Below, one piece after another: positions 37,064 through 50,840 of a DNA stretch of 64,000 nt (its first letter is position 1; each line of letters opens with the position of its first letter). The notes beneath the pieces were generated by a model. The model was not told the DNA's origin. It saw only the letters and a list, made by a program, of their open reading frames with translations, and ran no database searches. Position numbers and translations under genes: made by a program. This DNA comes from Octopus vulgaris. Lineage: Eukaryota. Where the stretch lies: assembly GCA_951406725.2 (NCBI GenBank), contig OX597841.1, positions 5,828,001-5,892,000 on the forward strand, written 5' to 3'.

Positions 37064-37568
37064 AGGTGCAATGGCCCAGTGGTTAGGGCAGCGGACTTGC
37101 GGTCATAGAATCACGGTTTCGGTTCCCAGACTGGGCGTTGTGAGTGTTTATTGAGTGAAAACACCTAAAAGCTCCATGAGGCTCCGGCAGGGGATGGTGG
37201 TGATCCCTGCTGTACTCTTTCACCACAACTTTCTCTCTTTCTTCTGTCGGTCTGCTCGCTTAGCCAACGGGGTGGCGTCATTTAAAGGCTAAAAAAACAA
37301 AGCGAAGCACATTGTGACCAGCGATGTGTAGCAACATCAGATAGCCTGGTCGGTCACATGATATATATATATATATATATGGAATCCACAACTGGGGAGA
37401 TAGCTTAGCACTGAGGTTTTTTTTATAAAATCTTCCTTTCAGAATATTTATTAGTAGGCTGCGTAATAAAGGAATTTGATTTTCAATCACACAGTTTGCA
37501 GTTCAATCCCATTCCATAGCACAGTGAAAAGTGTCATCTTGTATACCTGTATAATAGAGAAACAATTC

Positions 37569-37985
37569 TTAACCCTTTTGATACCAACCCGGCGGAAACC
37601 ATCTCTGGCTCTGAGTACAAATGTCTTGTTTTCATAAGTTTTGAATTAAAATCTTCCACCAAACCTTAGTCACAACTTATGTTCCTAACACTAGCTTAAT
37701 GATAACTAAGTTATTTTACTAAATTGTTTGTTATATTTAAAGGAATTGAAAGAAACACAGAGCATCTCAGCAGAAATATGGTAACAAAAGGGTTAAGATA
37801 TATAATAGAGAAATAATTCTTAACCCTTTTGATACCAACCTGGCGGAAACTGGCTCTTTACTACAAATGTCTTGTTTTCATTAGTTTTGAATTAAAATCT
37901 TCCACCAAACCTTAGTCACAATTTATGTTCCTAACACTAGCTTAATGATAACTAAGTTATTTTACTAAATTCTTTGTTATATTTT
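37569..37985. mobile_element. piggyBac-type MITE dimer (second copy truncated)
   Basis: TTAA|CCCTTT...AAAGGG|TTAA. Reverse complement of the units at 46182-46918. Confidence 0.85.
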
Positions 37986-40524
37986 TTCACAGCTTCCAAA
38001 ATCATTTGGTCAGAAAAAGCATGAATTCTGTAGATGAGATCAGAACAGGGGTGGAGGAGTATTTTTCGTCTGGGACAAGTGAATTTTGGAAGAGGGGGCC
38101 CAGCAATTCTACAAGATATATGGAAGAGCATTGTAGAAAATGAAGGGGAACCTTTTTTATTTTAATTTTGGAAAATAAAAGTATACATATCCATATCATT
38201 TACAGGCACAGGAGTGGCTGTGTGGTAAGTAGCTTGCTAACCAACCACATGGTTCCGGGTTCAGTCCCACTGCGTGGCATCTTGGGCAAGTGTCTTCTAC
38301 TATAGCCTTGGGCCGACCAAAGCCTTGTGAGTGGATTTGGTAGATGGAAACTGAAAGAAGCCCATCATATATTTGTATGTATATATATATATATAAATGC
38401 ATGTGTATATATGTTTGTGTGTCTGTGTTTGTCCCCCCCCCCAGCATTGCTTGACAACCGATGCTGGTGTATTTACGTCCCTGTTACTTAGCAGTTCGGC
38501 AAAAGAGACTGATAGAATAAGTACTGGGCTTACACAAGAATAAGTCCCGGGGTCGATTTGCTCGACTAAAGGCGGTGCTCCAGCATGGCCGCAGTCAAAT
38601 GACTGAAACAAGTAAAAGAGTAAAGAGGATGACCCTTTGTATATCTATCACTGTGATGTATTATAAAAGTTTACATCCTCCTCTCATCTCTTTTCTCTAC
38701 TACTAAAGAAAAAAATATAAGAAAACAAACAAAAAAATGTCAAATGTTTATATAGTTTAATAGCAATGCATCCTGGCGTTGCCAGGGTGTTATACTAAGT
38801 TTTTTTTTTTTAAATAAATTAATGAAAATTTAACAAAACTTCAAGTGGTTGTCAGAAATTGAACAAGGTTCTGTGACAGTCATATTTTGTAGCTTTTATT
38901 GTTTATCCATATAAATCGTTTACACATGAACATTCATCATTTTATTATTGGAAAACCTCAGTTATATCGGACAAAGGCCCCGGTCGTCCTTCTTTGGAGC
39001 AAGCACTCAAGTCCCTGCAGAGTGCAACATTTCAGCTTGAACACAACAAAAGGGTTTTTGGCATCTTTCATCCATTACTTGGAAAGTTTTGGTTGAATGA
39101 GTTGACTACAGGAATTTTTTTTTTTTAAACTTGCTATTTATTCTATCAGGTTATGGGGGACATAAACACACTGATACCGGCTGTCAAATGGTGAAGAGAA
39201 TAATTACAAACACATACATGGAAGCACTCCGTCGGTGACGACGACGAGGGTTCCGGTTGATCCGAATCAACGGAACAGCCTGCTTGTGAAATTAACGTGT
39301 AAGTGGCTGAGCACTCCACAGACACATGCACCCTTAACGTAGTTCTCGGGGATATTCAGCGTGACACAGAGAGTGACAAGGCCGGTCCTTTGAAATACAG
39401 GTACAACAGAAACAGGAATTAAGAGTGAGAGAAAGTTGTGGTGAAAGAGTACAGCAGGGGTCACCACCATCCCCTGCCAGAGCCTCGTGGAGCTTTTAGG
39501 TGTTTTCACTCAATAAACACTCACAACGCCCGGTCTGGGAATCAAAACTGAGATCCTATGACCGCGAGTCCGCTGCCCTAACCACTGGGCCATTGCGTCT
39601 CCACAAACACATACATAGATCCACACACACACATGTATTTATACAATGGGTTCCTTTCAAGGTGGCGAACTGGCAGAAACGTTAGCACGCCGGGCGACAT
39701 GCGTGGGGTGCCATGGTTTGAGATGCCTCGAGGGTGGTAGAAGAAGCCAATTACTGACTCGAGTCAACATGCTGTCAGACACTAACCAAGGGATCAATTG
39801 GCTTAGGTCAAGACAAAACTAGACACCGACCAAGAAATCAATGATGTATATTTTATTATAGTAAAATGAAATTAATAAATATCAATGGGCGCAGGAGTGG
39901 CTGTGTGGTAAGTAGCTTGCTAACCAACCACATGGTTCCGGCTTCAGTCTCACTGTGTTGCAGCTTGGGCAAGTGTCTTCTACTATAGCCTCGGGCCGAC
40001 CAAAGCCTTGTGAGTGGATTTGGTAGATGGAAACTGAAAGAAGCCCGTCGTATATATATATGCATTTGTGTGTCTGTGTTTGTCCCCCTAGCATTGCTTG
40101 ATAACCGATGCTGGTTTGTTTACGTCCCCGTTACTTAGCGGTTCGGCAAAAAGAGACCGATAGAATAAGTACTGGGCTTACACAAGAATAAGTCCCGGGG
40201 TCGATTTGCTCGACTAAAGGCGGTGCTCCAGCATGGCCACAGTCAAATGACTGAAACGGGTAAAAGAGTGTTAAACGGCTGTCAGCTAAGCCTTGTGGTG
40301 TTTTAGTCTGTCCTGCCATGTTGGACATTGTCTTCCCTCCAGGATCAATAAAATATATACCTTTTCACCAGCTGTGTGGTAAGTAGCTTGCTTACCAACC
40401 ACATGGTCCAGGGTTCAGTACCCACTGCATTGCACCTTGGGCAAGTGTCTTCTGCTATAGCCCCGGGCCGACCAATGCCTTGTGAGTGGATTTGGTAGAC
40501 GGAAATTGAAAGAAGCCCATCGTA

Positions 40525-40581
<57 letters not shown>

Positions 40582-41225
40582 TTGTCCCCCTAGCATTGTT
40601 TGACAACCGATGCTGGTGCGTTTACGTCCCCGTCATTTAGCGGTTCAGCAAAAGAGGCCGATAGAATAAGTACTGGGCTTACAAAGAATAAGTCCTGGGG
40701 TCGATTTGCTCGACTAAAGGCGGTGCTCCAGCATGGCCGCAGTCAAATTGCTGAAACAAGTAAATGAGAGGATGAATGTTGCCACAAGTACTCCTCCTCC
40801 TCCTCCCCTCAATATTTTATCCACACCGAAAGGACGAAATGGAAGGTTAACTTTGGCAGGATTTGAACTCGGGATGTAAAGAACGGAAAGGAATACCGTT
40901 CAGTCCAACGCACGAATGATTGTATCAGCCGGGGGTTAGCTGATTAATTGGACCCCAGTACATGACTGGGACTTTATTTTATCAATCATAACCAGCCAAA
41001 AGGTGTGGGACAGGCAGAACCAGTACAGCATCCAACAAAATACCACTAACACTGTCTTCTTTCAAATACAGTGTCGGTTCAAATCCCACTTGCCCTTGAT
41101 CCTTCCCTGGGGCCAACAGCAATATATAGTGGTGATCCTTAAATTTACAATATCACTTCTCCTTTCATAGAAGCGAAGCAACTTCAATCAAACACATCCA
41201 TGAATTACCATGTTTTAACGTTAAA

Positions 41226-41552
41226 CGATGATGATGATGGTAGTGGTGGTGATGGTGATGGTGATGATGGTGGTGATGATGATGATGATGATGGTGGTGG
41301 AGATGATGATGATGGTGGTGGTGATGATGGTGGTGGTGATTATGATAATGATGGTGATGATGATGGTGGTGATGACGATGATGGTGGTGATGGTGATGGT
41401 GGTGGTGATTATGATAATGATGGTGATGATGATGGTGGTGATGACGATGATGGTGGTGATGGTGATGGTGGTGGTGATTATGATAATGATGGTGATGATG
41501 ATGGTGGTGATGACGATGATGGTGGTGATGGTGATGATGATGTAGTAGTAGT
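41226..41552. repeat. (GAT/GGT)n trinucleotide repeat with ~69-bp higher-order duplication
   Basis: Directly visible. Begins at CGTTAAACGATG, so it is an expanded LINE tail. Confidence 0.9.
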
Positions 41553-41824
41553 CATAGTAACATAAGACAAAGATTTCAAAAATAAAACTGGATGCAATTA
41601 GATTACCAGATCCCTGTATGTTGTAAGAGGATGCTAAAAGGGCAGCAAAGAGATAAAGGGGCCAGAAAACAGAACCCCACAGAAATAAACATGATAAGTA
41701 TGATTTACGTCAAAGATTCATGGATTACTATAAAACCCACAGAACTGACCCATGATTTCTTAGGGGAAACGACACAAAAACACTGATTGTAGTTGTGAGA
41801 CGTGATGAATTTTAGCAACGATAG

Positions 41825-42604
41825 TCAGACTTTTATGTGGATAGATACATGTTTAGTTAAGCTACTGTTTTCAGAGAATGATTTACCACAGACATGACAA
41901 TGATATGGCTTTTCTCCTGTATGAATACGCTTGTGTGAAATTACATGGTTACTCCGGGAGAATGTTTTACCACAGACGTCACACTGATATGGCTTTTCTC
42001 CTGTATGAGTACGTTTGTGACCAGTTAAGTTGCTATTTCGAGAGAATGATTTACCACAGATATCACAATGAAATGGCTTTTCTCCTGTATGAATACGTTT
42101 GTGTGTTGTTAAGTGCATTGCAACAGAAAAAGATCTACCACAGATATCACAGCGAAATGTATTCTCTCCTGTGTGAATACGTCTGTGTACGGTTAAATAA
42201 CTGCGTCGAGAGAATGATTTATTGCAGATATCACAGTGATATGGCTTCACCCCAGTATGAATAAGTTTGTGAGTTGTTAAGTGACTAACTTGTGAGAATG
42301 ATCTGCCACAGATGTCACAGGGAAATGGTTTCTCTCCTGTATGAATACGTACATGATCGGTTAATCTGCAACTTCGGGAGAATGATTGTCCACAGACATC
42401 ACAGTGAAATGGCCTCTCTCCTGTGTGAATACGTTTGTGATTAATGAAGATATTATTGTAAGAGAATGATTTGCCACAGATATCACAATGATACGGCTTC
42501 TCGCCTGTATGTATACGTCTGTGAGTATTTAGATTACGTTTCTCAGTGAAAATCTTTTCACAGATATCACACTGAAAAGCTGATTGTGGTTTCTCTTGTG
42601 ACAT
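41825..42604 (-). CDS. C2H2 zinc-finger protein, 9 fingers (MSQEK; Z6)
   Basis: 259-aa ORF. Acceptor at 43032/43033 and ~428-nt leader. Confidence 0.95.
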   Translation of the reverse strand: MSQEKPQSAFQCDICEKIFTEKRNLNTHRRIHTGEKPYHCDICGKSFSYNNIFINHKRIHTGERPFHCDVCGQSFSRSCRLTDHVRIHTGEKPFPCDICGRSFSQVSHLTTHKLIHTGVKPYHCDICNKSFSRRSYLTVHRRIHTGENTFRCDICGRSFSVAMHLTTHKRIHTGEKPFHCDICGKSFSRNSNLTGHKRTHTGEKPYQCDVCGKTFSRSNHVISHKRIHTGEKPYHCHVCGKSFSENSSLTKHVSIHIKV

Positions 42605-44244
42605 CTCTTCAGAATAAAAATGTCCTCTTCAACTAATCCTATATAATCCGTTTGTCCCTTATCTTACTTCAATCACCACAACACATGTGGACACAGTTTT
42701 TGTTCTTGTCTTACAGATTATTCCTAATAAATATTGCCACAGTTTTCTTTCCATCAACTGTAATCCTTCTTGGTGTCTGAAAATACTCTGAGATTCCTTT
42801 GAAAATTATCCAAGTTTAATTTCAGTACAAAATAATTTTGTGGACATTCCAAGCATTTCACAAGAGAAATGTTTCTATCAATCTCAGTTGAGAAAAAATA
42901 TTTCACTGGAATTCTTTGGAGTTCTGAAATCTGTTCTGTACAACATTTTCTGTCAGACTTTAAAAGGTGATGAATATTGACGATGTTCTCTGATGGAAAC
43001 AATGCTTTGGTGCCAATGTCCTGTGATAGTCTCTGAAATAAAAGAGAGAAACAACAGTGTCAGATATAAGAGGAGATTTTGACAGTGGAGTTAAAACAGT
43101 GGGTCATGACAAACACCAATACAACTGTTGGATTTGGAAAAACTAATATCATTTTAGAGACTGTACCTATTGAAACATCTCTATGTATATAGGCGCAGGA
43201 GTGGCTGTGTGACAAGTAGCTTGTTTACCAACCACATGGTTCCGGGTTCAGTCCCCCACCCCTAAATCTAAAATAGATCGATACTAGGGTTATAATTATG
43301 GGTGACAATTTCATACGACACCACTACGGAAAATGGGATTTTTTTCTAGCGGTGTCAAATGAAAATGTCACCCATAATTATGGCCCTAGTATCGATCCAT
43401 TGCATTTCAATCTATTCTAGAGTTAGGGGTGGGGGGAAGGGTATCTTTTTTTCTTCACAAATGTAAATAAACCCAATCTGTTTCTTAAAGGAGGGACATA
43501 TTCATTATGCACAGAATGTTATTTACATAAATGGAGGTAATTGATTGGTTAAAATGGCCGAAATGCAAGAAATTTCAGACGAAATATCTTACAACCTATA
43601 GAATTTTCTCAATAAAGCCAAGAGAAAATGATGTTTTATAAACACATTCTACCAGTATACGAAGTTTAAAACTTTTTAGTTACCTAGAAATTATGTTACA
43701 AAGTGCCGTTCAAAGGGAAAGTATCCTCGACATTTCATCAAATTATTTACTAATCAATTTCCGCTGTTACAAAGCCTTCCCTATTTGTTCTTACCTGCTT
43801 CATTTGTGTTAGTAAAATCCGTAAATTTCCACGCACATGAACACACACTCGCATGCACAGAAGTACGCCCATTAGCTTCGTCTTCCACGCCAAACAGAAT
43901 AAGGGCGCACACAACAGTGTTTACAGTTGGTAGGACTTTCAAATCCTGTTTGAAAATGTTTCGCGGAGATTAACGAAAATCGTGATAACTCTTGAGACTG
44001 GGCGAAATATCGCCCGCTTTCTGCCGGTCTAGAAACAACAGAAGTATTGTAACATACATTGAGAAAAGGAAAAGAGATAACCAAAGTCCAACTGTTAGGA
44101 AAATAACAAAAACGAAAGAGAAATTATAGATGCATTTGTAGCACTTTATTAACAGAACGATTTGAGTTGAAGACCCTAAATGCTAACACACTCTGCTACC
44201 CAAAATAATTTATCCGTTTTACCATCTCGTGTGTAACAATTGAG

Positions 44245-44714
44245 GGCGATCTTTCGTCTCTAGTAGACCTTTCCGTCGATTTCCGTAAAAAAATTTTTTT
44301 TTTTTACATATGGGCTTGCGGGAACTTTTGAAGTAATATACATACATATACACACATACATAGATACATACACACACACACATACTTGCATACATACATA
44401 TACACATACACCGAGTAAAAAATTTCAGTTATCTCTCTCTTTCACACATTACTCTGTTTCTTCACACACACTAACAGAAGCACTTCACTTACACAACATA
44501 CTGTCTCCCACACCCCATCAAACACACACACACACATGTACATCAATGCTTCACATGCACGGTAACTTCAAAAGAACTTCCCTCGTCATACAATCGCTTT
44601 CTCTTAGTCTCTTTCGCTCTCATTACTTCAAAAGTTCCCGCAAGCCCATATGTAAACAAAAAAAGTTTTTTTACGGAAATCGACGGAAAGGTCTACGAGA
44701 GACGAAAGATTGCC
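44245..44714. mobile_element. MITE with ~95 bp TIRs and 8-bp TSD (Merlin-like termini)
   Basis: CAATTGAG|GGCGATCTTTCGTCTC...GAGACGAAAGATTGCC|CAATTGAG. The superfamily is inferred only from the GG termini and 8-bp TSD. Confidence 0.8.
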
Positions 44715-44950
44715 CAATTGAGTATATCTTTTCGAAAATAAGAGACCAACATTTCAGTTTTGAAGTATTTTCCTGTCGGTAAAAGACAGCGAAACGGCGA
44801 CTTTTGCAGGAGGAAGTTTTTTTGGGGTTCCAATGTTGTTATGTGTTTTCCCTTGTATAGAATTACTGTATCGTTGTATGGTTCACATAACAATTCTATT
44901 ATTTACAAACGTAATTACAGATTTAATATTATTCAAGTAAATCTCTGTCG

Positions 44951-45100
44951 ACTTACCGTTCGTCGTCACACGGAGTCAGTCAGTGCCCGATTAAGCAATT
45001 ATAGCGAACTCGTTAAATTATGCACGGTGTACTCCGTATTAAGTTGTTCCCCTTTATATCTCGTGTATTTCCTCAATTCTCCGATAGAGGGAGAAACAGG
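44951..45100 (-). promoter_or_regulatory. Promoter/first-exon cassette of Z6
   Basis: TATAAAGGGG at 45058 and donor ACG|GTAAGT at 44957/44956. Confidence 0.75.
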
Positions 45101-45996
45101 GTTGCTAATCAAAACTTATCAAAAAAACCACTAAGTGAGAAATATATAAAAAAAATAACAGCTAAGCAAGAGAATAAAATCATATACTCTTTACTCTTTT
45201 ACTTGTTTCAGTCATTTGACTGCGGCCATGCTGGAGCACCGCCCTTTAGTCGAGCAAATCGATCCCGGGACTTGTTCTTTGTAAGCCCAGTACTTATTCT
45301 ATCGGTCTCTTTTGCCGAACCGCTAAGTAATGGGGACCTAAACACACCGGCATCGGTTGTCAAGCAATGCTAGGGGGACAAACACAGACACACAAACATA
45401 TACACACACACATATATGTATACATATATACAACAGGCTTCTTTCAGTTTCCGTCTACCAAATCCACTCACAAGGCATTGGTCGGCCCGGGGCTATAGCA
45501 GAAGACACTTGCCCAAGATGCCACGCAGTGGGACTGAACCCGGAACCATGTGGCTGGTTAGCAAGCTACTTACCCCACGGCCACTACTGCGCCTATATAA
45601 GTACACATAAATATGAAATTGTTTATGGTAAAAAACTGCAGTTCTAATTAAGCTAAAATGAAATTTAAATAATTCCTTGAATTTTTACTCCACAGTTTGG
45701 AAGATTTAGAAGCAGCAGTTACCTATGATTTCTAATCGTTGATGGGTGAAATTAATTTTAACCATTCACCCTGTAAGAACTTTCAGTTGTCCCCTATTCT
45801 CTGTATTCCACTCCTCTTTGCCAAATGCTTCAATTACAATTTCTCTAAATCCCTGACTTCATTGAATCTTTAAGCTTCCCTATGGTCCTTTTCAAAGCAA
45901 GGTGAATAATTATGAAGCATTAGATTTGACAGAGTAACCTGAATGTTAAATCGCTAACCTCATCTTTTATCCTGTGTGAATTTGCTTGTCTCTCTT

Positions 45997-46961
45997 TAAC
46001 CCTTAACTGTTCAGATTATTCTATCAAACATAATGCTTATTGATTTGAATTAATCATGCATTATCTCATATCTTCAAGATCTTGATGGTGTAATTACTTA
46101 ATGTAGAATAGCATTGTAGGGTAGGTGTGAGGGCCTGGATCTGGTCAGTTTGAACATAAAACAGATTAAATATTTCCTAGTTTAACCCTTTCGTTACCAT
46201 ATTTCTGCTGAGATGCTCTGTGTTTCTTTCAATTCCTTTAAATATAACAAACAATTTAGTAAAATAACTTGGTTATCATTAAACTAGTGTTGGGAACATA
46301 AATTGTGACTAAGGTTTGGTGGAAGATTTTAATTCAAAACTTATGGAAACAAGACATTTGTACTCAGAGCCAGAGACGGTTTCAGTTGGGTTGGTATCAA
46401 AAGGGTTAAGAATTGTTTCTCTATTATATATTTTAACCCTTTTGTTACCATATTTCTGCTGAGATGCTCTGTGTTTCATTCAATTAATTTTAAATATAAC
46501 AAAGAATTTAGTAAAATAACTTAGTTATATCAATTAAGCTAGTGTTAGGAATATAAATTGTGACGATGGTTTGGTGGAAGATTTTAATTCAAAACTTATG
46601 AAAACAAGACATTTGTACTCAGAGCCAGAGCCGGTTTCAGTCGGGTTGGTATCAAAACAGTTAAGAATTGTTTCTCTATTATATATTTTAACCCTTTTGT
46701 TACCATATTTCTGCTGAGATGTTCTGTGTTTCTTCCAATTACTTTAAATATAGCAAAGAATTTAGTAAAATAACTTAGTTATATCAATTAAGCTAGTGTT
46801 AGGAACATAAATTGTGACTAAGGTTTGGTGGAAGATTTTAATTCAGAACTTATGAAAACAAGAGATTTGTACTCCAGAGCCAGAGCTGGTTTCAGTCGGG
46901 TTGGTAACGAAATGGTTAAGAATTGTTTCTCTATTATATATTTTAAATACTAAAGGGTTAA
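45997..46961. mobile_element. piggyBac-type MITE trimer (46182-46918) inside an older TTAA-flanked element
   Basis: Three ~250-bp units with TTAA/CCCTTT ends. Outer termini TTAACCCTT (45997) and AAAGGGTTAA (46961). Confidence 0.8.
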
Positions 46962-46995
46962 GTTACTATTTGTGATAAATTATTTCCCACAAATG

Positions 46996-47973
46996 TCACA
47001 GCAATAAAGATTTTTCTCCAACATGTTTTTTCTTGTGACTTATTAACGAACGCCTATACACAAAATTTTTCCCACATGTTCCACAACGGAAAGGTTTCTC
47101 TTCAGAGTGGATTCCCATGTGTCTTGTAACGGCACCATTACTGACAAACAACTTCCCGCAAATCTCACAACGATACGGTTTCTCCCCTGTGTGACTTCGT
47201 TTGTGATTGACAAGACGGGAATTATAAAGGAAAGCTTTCCCACAAATCTCACAGTGAAACAGTTTTTCCCCGCTGTGTCCCCTTTTATGACCATTTAAAG
47301 AACTGTTGGTAATAAATGACTTCCCACAGGTCTCACAGTGATACGGTTTCTCTCCCGTATGGACCCTAATATGTGCGGTTAACACACTCTTCGACACAAA
47401 AGACCTCAGACATACTTCACATTTATACAACTTTTCCCCCGTGTGACTTCGTCTATGAACCACAAGAAGTGATTTATTAATGAAGGGTTTACCACAAATC
47501 TCACAACAATAGGGTTTTTCCCCCGTGTGGGTCCGGTTATGTCTTGTTAAGTCACTGTTGGAAAGAAAAGTTTTCCCACACGTCCCACAGCGATAAGGTT
47601 TCTCTCCCGTGTGGATTCGATGGTGAGCTGTTAAGTTACTCTTAGACACAAAATGCTTCCCACACAATTCACACTGGAAGGGTTTGTCCCCTGTATGTAT
47701 ACTTGTGTGTATGTTTAACTGACCCCTACACAGAAAGGACTTCCCACATATTTCACAATGATGGGGTCTTACCCCAGTGTGGACCCTTTTATGTATTCGT
47801 AATTTTCTTTGGCTAACAAAATACTTCCCACAAATTTCACAATGAAATGGTTTCTCTTTACTGTGTATTTCTTTGTGTTTGAAGACTTTACGTTCTGAAG
47901 AGAATGTCTTATTACAAACCTCACAGGGATATTCAACAGCATTTTCCTCTTTGGCTTTTTCATCTTGGTCCAT
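46996..47973 (-). CDS. C2H2 zinc-finger protein, 11 fingers (MDNV subfamily; Z7), N-terminally truncated, possibly a pseudogene
   Basis: 325-aa open finger array from an internal Met. The original ATG at 48285 is separated from it by a SINE. Confidence 0.75.
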   Translation of the reverse strand: MDQDEKAKEENAVEYPCEVCNKTFSSERKVFKHKEIHSKEKPFHCEICGKYFVSQRKLRIHKRVHTGVRPHHCEICGKSFLCRGQLNIHTSIHTGDKPFQCELCGKHFVSKSNLTAHHRIHTGEKPYRCGTCGKTFLSNSDLTRHNRTHTGEKPYCCEICGKPFINKSLLVVHRRSHTGEKLYKCEVCLRSFVSKSVLTAHIRVHTGEKPYHCETCGKSFITNSSLNGHKRGHSGEKLFHCEICGKAFLYNSRLVNHKRSHTGEKPYRCEICGKLFVSNGAVTRHMGIHSEEKPFRCGTCGKNFVYRRSLISHKKKHVGEKSLLL

Positions 47974-47998
47974 CTCTTTAATTGTGTCTATACTATTT

Positions 47999-48231
47999 AA
48001 GGCGGCGAGCTGGCAGAAACGTTAGCACGCCGGGCGAAATGCTTAGCGGTATTTCGTCTGCCGTTACGTTCTGGGTTCAAATTCCGCCGAGGTCGACTTT
48101 GCCTTTCATCCTTTCGGGGTCAATAAATTAAGTACCAGTTACGCACTGGGATCGATGTAATTGACTTAATCCCTTTGTCTGTCCTTGTTTGTCCCCTCTG
48201 TGTTTAGCCCCTTGTGGGTAGTAAAGAAATA
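47999..48231 (+). mobile_element. Full-length Meta-domain-type SINE inserted in the Z7 coding N-terminus
   Basis: GGCGGCGAGCTGGCAGAAACG head to GTAAAGAAATA tail, flanked by TATACTATT (47989-47997) and TATATTATT (48232-48240). Confidence 0.9.
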
Positions 48232-48365
48232 TATATTATTAAAAGCATTTGTGTTACAAGCATCCAAGTGATCAACATTGTCCATATTAATTCTTGAGGA
48301 ATTCTTAGAAGAGTTAATCTATTATGGATTTACAGGTTTCTGTTTACATCTCTAGAAGAATATTC

Positions 48366-49310
48366 CGCCAATGATCATTTTACGATTTGTCCGCTGATCC
48401 TGTAAAAAATCTTGTTCTCCCTGGGGTACTTTTTTGTCACTACTACAACAGCAGTTTTCAAAGGAGCTGCACTTGCAACAGGAAATGTCAAATAAATTTT
48501 TTGTTGCATTGTTTTTAAACGCATTACACTTTGTTTGAAACGATGGCACATTTTTCCTATTTTTCACAGATTTTAGTAATCCTTGGTACTTTAGATAAAA
48601 GTTTAAGATTTTCGGTTTAACTGACTGAATCGTAACACAAGGGATGGATGCCTTTCGCCAAAGATGAATGATCTTTTCTGCTACAATCTTCACAATTTGT
48701 TTAATTGACGGATCTTTCTTAATTACACTTTTTTCTTTTTCTCGTTCAAATAAAACACACTTTAATACGTCCTTGTAAGTTGGCAAAACCTGCTCTCTAA
48801 GATCACACGGAGTACCAAATATTGGACATTCATAACGCATTATCGGCTTATGTGTCATCACTGAATTTAGCACGATCATTAATTCTAATACAATGGCCTA
48901 AAGTCAAGGTACAAAGCAGAAAACTTCACACACGTACTACATACGTCCACATGCAATGACCACCGCAGCGGCACTGAGGAGAAGTTTACACTCCCGTTCT
49001 ATTTATAGTCAATGAAGAACCTGAAGATATTAATCAATTGTATTGAAACTTGGTCTGCAACCTTTTAATGATGCTACAATCACTGTTTTGCATTCTGCTA
49101 TGTAGAAATATGTATTCGTTATGACTTACAATCCACGGAATCCAAAATTCGACCCAAAATATCAGTTTTTAAAATTTTCAGTTGTGTTGCGGAGACAGAA
49201 AAAATATTTAACTGAAAAGTTTTTTATACACCTTTATAGACCCTAATTCGCCACAAAATATCGATTCTTTGTTGCCAATTTCGAAAGTTGCATTTTTTGC
49301 TCTACCCTAA
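48366..49310 (-). mobile_element. 5' half of a DNA transposon with transposase N-terminal ORF (48352-48879), probably hAT superfamily (hATm-like)
   Basis: Terminus TTAGGGTAGAGC at 49310 and TATAAAT near 49007. ORF motifs LPTYKDV, LWRKASIP, LFDISCCKC, KVP..E..FL.DQR..RKMIIG. The family is assigned from recollection of these motifs, not from a search. Confidence 0.65.
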
Positions 49311-49834
49311 TGTATACATCTGAGATTATTTAGATTATCTTTCTCGGTGAAAATCTTTTCACAGATATCACACTGAAAAGCTGATTGTGGTTTCTCTTGT
49401 GACATCTCTTCAGAATAAAAATGTCCTCTTCAACTAATCCTATATAATCCGTTTGTCCCTTATCTTACTTCAATCACCACAACACATGTGGACACAGTTT
49501 TTGTTCTTGTCTTACAGATTATTCCTAATAAATATTGCCACAGTTTTCTTTCCATCAACTGTAATCCTTCTTGGTGTCTGAAAATACTCTGAGATTCCTT
49601 TCAATAATTATCCAAGTTTAATTTCAGTACAAAATAATCTTGTGGACATTCCAAGCATTTCACAAGAGAAATGTTTCTATCAATCTCAGTTGAGAAGAAA
49701 TATTTCACTGGAATTCTTTGGAGTTCTTCAATCTGTTCTGTACAACTTTTTCTGTCAGTCTTGAAAAGGTGATGAATATTGACGATGTTCTCTGATGGAA
49801 ACAATGCTTTGATGCCAATGTCCAGTGATAGTCT
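49307..49834 (-). pseudogene. Truncated MSQEK zinc-finger gene (Z8psi)
   Basis: Intact acceptor (49834) and leader, ATG at 49405. Reads [32 protein letters not shown], with the stop supplied at the transposon junction. Confidence 0.9.
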
Positions 49835-50840
49835 CTGAAATAAAAGAGAGAAACAACAGTGTCAGATATTAAGAGGACATTTCGAAAAAGAGAGTTTAAA
49901 AACGATATTTTAAATACAGTAAAATTTAAAGTCCTTTTTCGTTTACTTTAGAGGTGATGAATTAGATAAATGCGCCCGCATTTTTCATTGTAATACAACA
50001 ATGGTCTGCGTGTGTCTCTTTTACACCCACCATCGCATCCAGGCACAATCACCACATCTCAATCACATCAAACACACACACACACACACGTGTGTGTGTG
50101 TGCATAAACTTATTATTTTGCTTTCTCAGTCACTGAACTGCAACCATGCGGGTCACCATGTGTATATGTATGTTTGTGTGCATACACACACACAGAGCAA
50201 CACACGATGCACATGTACGTACGCATGTATGTACGTACGTATGCATGTATGTTTGTATGTATGAATGTGTATTTATGTGTGTATATGCATATGTATATAC
50301 TCTTTTTACTCTTTACTCTTTTACTTGTTTCAGTCATTTTGACTGCGGCCATGCTGGAGCACCACCTTTAGTCGAGCAAATCGACCCCGGGACTTGTTCT
50401 TTGTAAGCCCAGTACTTATTCTATCGGTCTCTTATGCCGAACGTAAACACACACACACACATATATATACATATATACGACATGCTTCTTTCAGTTTCCG
50501 TCTACCAAATCCACTCACAAGGCATTGGTCGGCCCGGGGCTATAGCAGAAGACACTTGCCCAAGATGCCACGCAGCGGGACTGAACCCGGAACCATGTGG
50601 TTGGTTAGCAAGCTACTTACCACACAGCCACTCCTGCCACATAAATGTATAGAATATACAAACGTGGTATGTAAATAAACGGCGTAAATTAACGAAGGTA
50701 TAAACCTGACGTAAATACACGAAGCTGACGTCAGATTTTTCTACTTCCACTTCTGACAGCTAATACCATGACAGGGCCAACAATTCTATTATTTGCACAC
50801 ATTGCTACAGATTTAATATTATTCACGTAAATCTCTGTCA

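Noticed and set aside
37061-37135. tRNA-like sequences at SINE heads
   Set aside because: They continue into SINE bodies and lack a proper acceptor stem, so they are not called as tRNA genes.
39700-40370. Possible solo LTR split by a SINE
   Set aside because: AATAAA and a CA end are present, but there is no clear TG start, TSD or second copy.
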